From: an uncultured Acidobacteriota bacterium
Lineage (GTDB): Bacteria > Acidobacteriota > Vicinamibacteria > Vicinamibacterales > Fen-181
NCBI GenBank assembly: GCA_963701315.1
Contig: OY969603.1
Coordinates: 2,571,537 to 2,635,536, forward strand
DNA: 64,000 bases
Direction: 5' to 3'
Shown: positions 54,524 through 64,000 of the stretch, one piece after another
Numbering within the stretch: the first letter of the stretch is position 1
Layout: every line of letters starts with the position of its first letter
Made by a program: the position numbers and the translations under genes
The notes under the pieces: model-generated
The model's database searches: none
What the model was told of the DNA's origin: nothing
What the model saw: only the letters and a program-made list of their open reading frames with translations

Positions 54524-55039
54524 TCAGTGGAGCGCCTTGAGCATCATGGCGACCAAGGCGTCCTTCCCGGCCCGGCCCATGTGGCGCTCCACGATGGTCC
54601 CGGCGCGGTCGATCACGAGCGTCGCCGGCACCATGCCGGGCAGTCCGTACCGGGCGTTGATGGCATCGTAGTCCGGTGCGTCGTAGATGAGCACGGGCGC
54701 GTCGATCTTGTGGGCACCCACGAAGTCCCGCATCTGCCGCACGACCTCCTCCCGGGTGACGCCCGGCACCATCAGGTCGTAGGACACCGTCAGGACGACG
54801 CCTCCGCGGTCCTTGAACTCGCGGCCGACCTCGAGCAGCGCCGGCAGCTCGTCCACGCACGGCTCGCACCAGATGGCCCAGAAGTTCAGGAGCACGCCCT
54901 GTCCGCGGTGCCCCGCCAGGGCCGCGTCGAGGGTGGCGAGGTCGACGACGCGGACGTCTGGCTCGGCCGCCCGCGGCCACTCAGGCAGGACCGCGACGAC
55001 GAGCGAGAGCACGAGTCCAATGACGAGGCGAGGAGTCAT
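54524..55039 (-). CDS. TlpA/ResA-type periplasmic thiol:disulfide oxidoreductase
   Basis: An N-terminal TM or signal segment is followed by the CxxC active site in LLNFWAIWCEPCVDELP. Confidence 0.85.
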   Translation of the reverse strand: MTPRLVIGLVLSLVVAVLPEWPRAAEPDVRVVDLATLDAALAGHRGQGVLLNFWAIWCEPCVDELPALLEVGREFKDRGGVVLTVSYDLMVPGVTREEVVRQMRDFVGAHKIDAPVLIYDAPDYDAINARYGLPGMVPATLVIDRAGTIVERHMGRAGKDALVAMMLKALH

Positions 55040-55055
55040 GAATACCCGGTGACGA

Positions 55056-55072
55056 CCCTCTGGACCAGAGGG
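55056..55072 (-). promoter_or_regulatory. SECIS-like stem-loop candidate downstream of an in-frame UGA
   Basis: The mRNA sequence is CCCUCUGG-U-CCAGAGGG, an 8+8 inverted repeat that effectively forms a 6-bp stem with a GGUCC loop. It starts 15 nt after UGA 55090-55088. No U-tract follows, and it lies inside a same-strand gene pair. Confidence 0.3.
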
Positions 55073-55675
55073 TTATCGCTTGATGGATCAACCGTAGGGT
55101 TGGGTGGCCGTGACGGCCACTGGCTTGCCCGCCAGCAAGGCCTCAATGGCGTCGCGCACGTACGCCCGGGCCTCTGAGCCCTTGCTCCCACGCGGATCGT
55201 CATCGAGCGCCCCGCTGTAACGGAGCACGCCGTCGCGGTCGATGACGAAGCAGTGCGGCGTGCTGGCCCCGCCGAGCACGTCGGTCAGCTTGTTGCCGGG
55301 GTCGACGGCCACCAGGAAGTTCACGCCGGCCTTCGCCATGTGGTCGCGAAGATTCGCGTAGGCGGCGCCACCCTCAGCGAGCTCGTTCTGGTTGGCGTCG
55401 ACACCGATCTGCACGACGCCCTGGTCGGCGTACCGCTTCTGCAACTCAATGAACTTCGGCTCGGCCGCCCTCTCGGACGGACAGACGATCGAGTAGAAGT
55501 GAATGAAGACGATCCGGCCTCGGAGCTCGCCGAACGGGCGGGCCTTCCCGTCGAGGTCCGTGATCACGGCCTCTTTCGGCACAACCGACCCGACCTCGAC
55601 AGGCGGGGACGCTGTCGCTGCGACCGGCAGCCGCAGGCCCAGCATCAAGGCGCCGACGAGGAGCGGCGTGACCAT
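55073..55675 (-). CDS. Secreted thioredoxin-fold protein with an in-frame TGA (candidate Sec codon) four codons before TAA; otherwise ends at 55088
   Basis: A GGGAGGA ribosome-binding site and ATG 55675 are followed by a signal peptide. Motifs are IVFIHFYSIVCPSE, TPHCFVIDRDGVLRYSGALDDDPRG and AIEALLAGKPV...TQPYG-TGA-SIKR-TAA. The TGA aligns with the Cys of the family's C-terminal G-C-[NS]-I-K motif (recalled from memory). Confidence 0.7.
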
Positions 55676-55749
55676 GAATCGATGTCCTCCCGCTCTCCAT
55701 GATACCGCGCGCATGCCACCGGCCGCTGTGGGGGGGCGAGCAGACCGGC

Positions 55750-56260
55750 TCAGGCGCCTTCCAGCCTGAATTCGGTGTAGTCGAACCAGAACCCCAGACC
55801 CGTCAGCGCGTCAATCTCGGCCTGCACGATGGCCTCGTGGCCAGCCTCGATCTCCACGAAGCGGGCGAAGAGCTTCTGTTCCTCGTTCTTGAGCTGCCCG
55901 ACCATGTCCCGGAAGAACGTGGTGGCGGCGATTTCCAGCGCCAGCGCCTTCTTCAGCATCTCCAGCTCGACGCCGAAATCCTGTTCGGACATCCGCTTGC
56001 CGAGCTTGGCGAGCGCGCCGTCGATGGCGTCGCGGGACGGAATCGCGGTCTCCAGCGCTGCGGCCGTGACGGCCCCGGTCCGCTCCCATTCCTCCAACCG
56101 GCTCTCCAGGTACTGCAGGTGCCGGTCCTCCTCGTCGGCCAGCACGCCGAAGATCTTCCGCGCCACCGGATCCTTGAACTTCTTCGCCGCCTCCGAGTAC
56201 CACGTGGCGCACCTCGAGCTCGTACTCGATCCCAGTCTTGATGGCCTGTTCGATCGTCAC
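55750..56260 (-). CDS. Rubrerythrin/ferritin-like diiron protein; reading frame broken once
   Basis: A GGAGG ribosome-binding site and GTG 56260 precede VTIEQAIKTGIEYELEVRHV. This joins YSEAAKKFKDPVARKIFGVLADEEDRHLQYL...EIEAGHEAIV after a +1 shift beside GTAC 56197-56200. The ExxH motifs are present. Confidence 0.7.
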
Positions 56261-56443
56261 CCTGCGCACCTCCTCTCCCCCTTGTGCGCTCCATGATACC
56301 GCAGAGCGCGGGGGGGCACCGGCCGATCGGGCGGGCAAGAAACCGCCCGCGTCCGGCGCGGGTCGGCTATCATACCGGTCGTTCGCGCCGGCCGAACTCC
56401 GACGTCGGAGTGTCGGTGCTCGCCCCTGCGCGCATCGAGCGCC

Positions 56444-58012
56444 ATGGCCTCACCCCTGCTGCCGCCGGTCGACCGAACGCTGTCGTGGCTCGACGCGGTG
56501 TTCAATCAGGCTCGGGACGCCGTCTTCGTCAGCGACGAGAACGGTCAGGTCGTCGACGTGAACCGGGCGGCGTGCACCCTCACCGGCTACTCGCGCGCGG
56601 AACTGCTCCAGCTGCGGATCCCGCAGCTCCTCCGGGACGGGGACACAGCCGCGCTCTGTGCCATCCACCAGCGCATCCTCGCGGGTGAGGAAACGGTCAC
56701 TGAGGCCCAGGTCCTCCGCCGCGACGGCACGAGTGTCGACGTCGAGTTCAACAACCGCCGCCTGGTCGTCGACGGCGTGCGATACCGGCACACGAGTGCC
56801 CGCGACCTCACCGACCGCCGCCAGGCCGAACGCGGGCGCCTGGCCCTCGAAGCCCGCATCCAACAGGTCCAGAAGCTCGAGAGCCTGGGAGTGCTGGCGG
56901 GCGGGATCGCGCACGACTTCAACAACCTGCTGGTCAGCATTCTGGGGAACGCGGGCCTCGCGCTGATGGACCTGCCCGCCGACTCGCCGGCCCGGGCGAA
57001 CCTGCGCGAGATCGAAGTGGCCGCCCTGCGGGCGAGCGAGCTGACCAAACAGATGCTGGCCTATTCGGGCAAGGGCCACTTCCTCGTCCAGCCCCTCGAC
57101 CTGTCCCAGGTCGTCGGCCAGATGGACGCGCTCCTTCGGTCCTCGGTGCCCCCGGACACCGGGCTGACGCTGGACCTGGCCGCCGGGCTCCCGCCCGTCC
57201 TGGCCGACCTGGCGCAGCTCGGGCAGGTGTTGATGAACCTGGTGACCAACGCGTCGGACGCGCTCTCGAAGGGCCGGGGCCAGGTCTCCATCGCCACGTT
57301 CACGGGACCGATGGACCGGGCGGCGCTCTCCGCGACCTACCTGGACGACAACCTGCCGGCGGGGCCCTACGTGATGCTGCAGGTGCGCGATTCGGGGTGT
57401 GGGATGGACGCCGCGACCCGGACACGCGTCTTCGACCCGTTCTTCTCAACCAAGTTCCCCGGCCGCGGGCTGGGCATGGCAGCGGTGCTCGGCATCGTCC
57501 GCGGGCACCGCGGCGCGATCCGGGTGGAGAGCGAGACGGGCCTGGGCACCACCGTCACCGTTTTCTTCCCGGCCCTCGCGGAAACCGCCGCGCGGGCCGA
57601 GGCGAGCGAAGGCCTGCAGCACACGCGCGGCCTCGTGCTGGTCGTGGACGACACCGAGGCCGTGGCCACGGTGGCCGAACGCGTATTGAGGCGAGCCGGC
57701 TACGACGTGCAGGTGGCCCGGTCGGGCGAGCGGGCCCTGGAACTGTTCGCGGAGCGGGCGGGCGACATCTCGGTGGTCCTGCTCGACCTCTCGATGCCCG
57801 GCATGGACGGCCTGGAGGTGCTCGAACGGCTTCGCGCCGCGCGGCCCGATCTGCCCGTGCTGCTGTCGAGCGGGTTCCAGGCCCCGAACCCGCAGGCGCT
57901 CGAAGGGCGGCGCGTCAGCTACCTGCAGAAGCCGTATCAGGCCGCGCTGCTCGTCGAGCGCATCGAACAGGCCGTCGCGGCAACCACGCCGCGGCTGCCG
58001 CTCGACGGCTGA
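56444..58012 (+). CDS. PAS sensor hybrid histidine kinase / response regulator
   Basis: Domains in order are PAS (VFVSDENGQVVDVNRAA), HisKA (LAGGIAHDFNNLL), HATPase (DSGCGM...GRGLGM) and REC (VLVVDDTEA...LLDLSMPGMDG). Confidence 0.9.
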   Translation: MASPLLPPVDRTLSWLDAVFNQARDAVFVSDENGQVVDVNRAACTLTGYSRAELLQLRIPQLLRDGDTAALCAIHQRILAGEETVTEAQVLRRDGTSVDVEFNNRRLVVDGVRYRHTSARDLTDRRQAERGRLALEARIQQVQKLESLGVLAGGIAHDFNNLLVSILGNAGLALMDLPADSPARANLREIEVAALRASELTKQMLAYSGKGHFLVQPLDLSQVVGQMDALLRSSVPPDTGLTLDLAAGLPPVLADLAQLGQVLMNLVTNASDALSKGRGQVSIATFTGPMDRAALSATYLDDNLPAGPYVMLQVRDSGCGMDAATRTRVFDPFFSTKFPGRGLGMAAVLGIVRGHRGAIRVESETGLGTTVTVFFPALAETAARAEASEGLQHTRGLVLVVDDTEAVATVAERVLRRAGYDVQVARSGERALELFAERAGDISVVLLDLSMPGMDGLEVLERLRAARPDLPVLLSSGFQAPNPQALEGRRVSYLQKPYQAALLVERIEQAVAATTPRLPLDG

Positions 58013-58032
58013 CCCGCCGGCAGATCGGCCGC

Positions 58033-58554
58033 TCAGGCGCCTGGCTGGCTCGCGGCGGTCCGCTCGAAGATGCCGGTGCTCCGGTTCTTTCGGACCTCGT
58101 CCCACCCCAAGTACTGCCCGTTCATCGCCACGTACACGCCCGGCGGCAAGACCTGGACGAACGAGAGGGCCGATCCGAGGTTGAACATGCCGTCCGAACT
58201 GCCGAAGGCATACGGGATCATCGCGCCGGTGAGGACGATGGTTTTGCCCTGGACCGCCGTGGCCAGCATTCGCGCCGTCTCGACCATCGTGTCGGTCCCA
58301 TGGGTGATGACGATCTTCGACTCCTCACACTGACGGCAGTTCTGAGCGATCACCTCGCGGTCGGCATCGGTCATCTCGAGGCTGTCGACCATCATGATGG
58401 TGCGGAGGCGCACCTCGAGCCGGCACCGGCCGAGCCGGAGCATCTCGCCGAGGTGTGACTCCTTGAAGGCGAGCCGGGCGTTGATCTCGTCGTATTCCTT
58501 GTCGAACGTCCCGCCTGTGACGAGGATGCGGATGGGCATGGGGGAAGTGTACAA
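58033..58554 (-). CDS. Asparaginase N-terminal-domain-like protein (short form)
   Basis: [14 protein letters not shown]...ITHGTDTM...IVLTGAM are the L-asparaginase family motifs in a protein of about 170 aa. The start is either ATG 58554 or 58539. Confidence 0.75.
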   Translation of the reverse strand: MYTSPMPIRILVTGGTFDKEYDEINARLAFKESHLGEMLRLGRCRLEVRLRTIMMVDSLEMTDADREVIAQNCRQCEESKIVITHGTDTMVETARMLATAVQGKTIVLTGAMIPYAFGSSDGMFNLGSALSFVQVLPPGVYVAMNGQYLGWDEVRKNRSTGIFERTAASQPGA

Positions 58555-58566
58555 TCAACTCCACCA

Positions 58567-62294
<3,728 letters not shown>

Positions 62295-62337
62295 TAAGTC
62301 CCGGGGGGGCGTCCTCCCCGACCCCGTGAGCACAGCA

Positions 62338-62982
62338 ATGACCACTCGCAAGCGTTGCCCCTGGCCCGGCTCCGACCCGCTGTACGTGGAGTACCACGAC
62401 CGCGAGTGGGGCGTCCCCTCGCACGACGACCGCCACCTGTTCGAGATGCTCGTGCTGGAGGGGGCCCAGGCGGGGCTCAGCTGGATCACGATCCTGCGCA
62501 AGCGCGATGGCTACCGCCAGGCCTTCGACCTGTTCGACCCGCGACGGGTGGCGCGCTACGGCGACGCCAAGATGGCCTCGCTGCTCGAGGACGCGGGAAT
62601 CGTGCGAAACCGGTTGAAGCTCACCGCGGCGGTCGAGAACGCCCGCGCGTTCCTGGCCGTCCAGAAGGACTACGGCAGCTTCGACGCCTACCTCTGGGCG
62701 TTCGGCGGGGGCGCTCCGCGCGTGAACCGGTGGAACGCGATGACGGAGGTCCCAGCCCGCACGCCGGAATCCGACGCCCTCAGCCACGATCTCCAGGCGC
62801 GCGGCTTCCGGTTCGTGGGGTCGACCATCTGCTACGCCTTCATGCAGGCGGTCGGTTTGGTGAACGACCATCTCACGACGTGCTACCGCCACCGCCAGCT
62901 CGCCCGCGCGTCACGCGCCGAACCGGCACGCCGACCTCCGGCAGCTCATCGTCCCGCCCGGCCACGCCCGGTCGTCAGGTAA
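62338..62982 (+). CDS. tag: DNA-3-methyladenine glycosylase I
   Basis: RCPWPGSDPLYVEYHDREWGVP...FEMLVLEGAQAGLSWITIL...ICYAFMQAVGLVNDH is diagnostic for Tag. There is an Arg/Pro-rich C-terminal tail of about 30 aa. Confidence 0.9.
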   Translation: MTTRKRCPWPGSDPLYVEYHDREWGVPSHDDRHLFEMLVLEGAQAGLSWITILRKRDGYRQAFDLFDPRRVARYGDAKMASLLEDAGIVRNRLKLTAAVENARAFLAVQKDYGSFDAYLWAFGGGAPRVNRWNAMTEVPARTPESDALSHDLQARGFRFVGSTICYAFMQAVGLVNDHLTTCYRHRQLARASRAEPARRPPAAHRPARPRPVVR

Positions 62983-63968
62983 ACGGCGAAACTCCCCAGC
63001 CAGTGGCCGCCCTCGTAGTGCTCGCCGGTCACGGCGCGCAGTCCGGCCTCCCGGTGGCGGGTTGCCGCCAGCCGCAGGGTCGGCACGCGCGGGTCACCCG
63101 GAGGTAAGCCGTCGGCGATCCCCTCGAGCATCCATGCACGGCTAAGGTTGAGTCCGTCCAGGTGGGCCAGCTTCGGGTCGGTCGGGTCCGTGACCACGGC
63201 CGGCTCCAGCCAGGAGGACGAGGGGCTGAGCGGAAGGTCGGGCAAGAAGGTGGTCAGCCAGCGCGCGTAGGCCTCTGGCGGCAGCACGCGACGGACCAGG
63301 TCGGCTTCCGCGAGGCACGGCGAGAGGAAGTCCTGGCCCGACGGCTCCCACGTCAGGGGGCAGCCGCGATCCTGCAGGTAGAAGCTCCGGATGCGCGAGT
63401 CCAGGAGATCTGCCGTCGCACGATCGCCCTTCTGCCGGGCGGCGTCCAGGATCAGCCCGAACGAGAAGGCCGTCTGGTCGTGTTCGCCAATCCGGATGGG
63501 CTTCGGCAGCTTCGGCAACCAGTCGGTGAGCCGAGCGACGGCCGCGTCCTCGAGGGGCTTCAGGGCGGCGGACCAGACCTTGGCCTGCGGGTCGTCCCAC
63601 TCGCGCAGTTCCGCCGCGAGTTGGAGCAGCCAGGCGAGGCCGTACGGTCGCTCGAAGCTCGCGCGGCCCGCACCGGTCAGGTAACGGACCTCGGCGGCGA
63701 TGTGCTCCGGCGTCAGGCTCTCGCCGACCGCGGCGCGCGCCGGGGCAGCGAAAGGCGCCGTCGGGAAGTCCCTGATCAGCCGGACCAGCAGCCAGTGGCC
63801 GTGCACGGCCGAGTGCCAGTCGTAGCACCCGTAGAACGCCGGGGTGAGGTCGTGGGGCGCCTGCACGTCGCCGGGACCGTTGAGGACGTGGGCAATCTTG
63901 TTCGGATACTCCTTGTGCACGCACGCCAAGGCGAGTGCGGCAAACCGCCCGGCCGCCGCCTCGTCCAC
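62946..63968 (-). CDS. DUF2891 domain-containing protein
   Basis: A GTG start precedes FAALALACVHKEYPNKIAHVL...YGCYDWHSAVHGHWLL, which is characteristic of DUF2891. Confidence 0.8.
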   Translation of the reverse strand: MDEAAAGRFAALALACVHKEYPNKIAHVLNGPGDVQAPHDLTPAFYGCYDWHSAVHGHWLLVRLIRDFPTAPFAAPARAAVGESLTPEHIAAEVRYLTGAGRASFERPYGLAWLLQLAAELREWDDPQAKVWSAALKPLEDAAVARLTDWLPKLPKPIRIGEHDQTAFSFGLILDAARQKGDRATADLLDSRIRSFYLQDRGCPLTWEPSGQDFLSPCLAEADLVRRVLPPEAYARWLTTFLPDLPLSPSSSWLEPAVVTDPTDPKLAHLDGLNLSRAWMLEGIADGLPPGDPRVPTLRLAATRHREAGLRAVTGEHYEGGHWLGSFAVYLTTGRGRAGR

Positions 63969-64000
63969 GCGAGGCTGGGCCTCGCCGACACCACTGATGG

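Overview
This is a gene-dense, high-GC bacterial chromosomal window (roughly two-thirds G+C by eye) with about 50 protein-coding genes on both strands. I found no rRNA, tRNA or CRISPR array. The gene content suggests a soil Acidobacteriota- or Gemmatimonadota-like genome, but that is inference only.

Content from start to end:
- 1-10.8 kb: M16 peptidase (5' partial), CheY-like receiver, chalcone-isomerase-like lipoprotein, FAD/Fe-S D-lactate-dehydrogenase-like oxidase, SagB-type nitroreductase-fold protein, a secreted protein with four tandem repeats, FKBP PPIase and a PilZ protein.
- 10.8-21.7 kb: DUF4386 remnant, SAM methyltransferase, typA, aldo/keto reductase, two tandem EAL-HDOD paralogs, M48 peptidase, an unknown 490-aa protein and an M29-like aminopeptidase.
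- 21.7-29.9 kb: Tat-exported xanthine-dehydrogenase-family molybdoenzyme (2Fe-2S, Moco and FAD subunits), vapBC, pepD and a membrane protein.
- 29.9-47.8 kb: HEXXH + PD40 + Omp85 outer-membrane protein, DUF1835 protein, PLP decarboxylase, 2Fe-2S ferredoxin-like protein, PNPOx-family protein, nucleoside kinase, a large M14 peptidase, a PAS hybrid kinase, LmbE/PIG-L deacetylase, YciI, ogt and an NCS1-like permease.
- 47.8-64 kb: DUF349 protein, a second large M14 peptidase, PaaI thioesterase, a small PAS protein, TlpA, a thioredoxin-fold protein, a rubrerythrin-like protein, a second PAS hybrid kinase, an asparaginase-like protein, metH, tag and a DUF2891 protein.

Two points stand out:
1. About 17 single-base frame disruptions interrupt 14 otherwise well-conserved genes. 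Nearly all are +1 insertions, and most sit on or beside GTAC or degenerate GATC tetranucleotides. This looks like a systematic assembly or basecalling artefact, possibly linked to methylation, rather than real pseudogenisation.
2. The thioredoxin-fold gene at 55073..55675 has an in-frame TGA where, from memory, homologues carry a conserved Cys (G-C-[NS]-I-K). The conserved tail S-I-K-R follows, then a hairpin with a GGU loop. It is a candidate selenoprotein.

I found no clear defence island or novel multi-gene system. Many long ORFs in the supplied track are antisense shadow ORFs caused by the GC content and were rejected.
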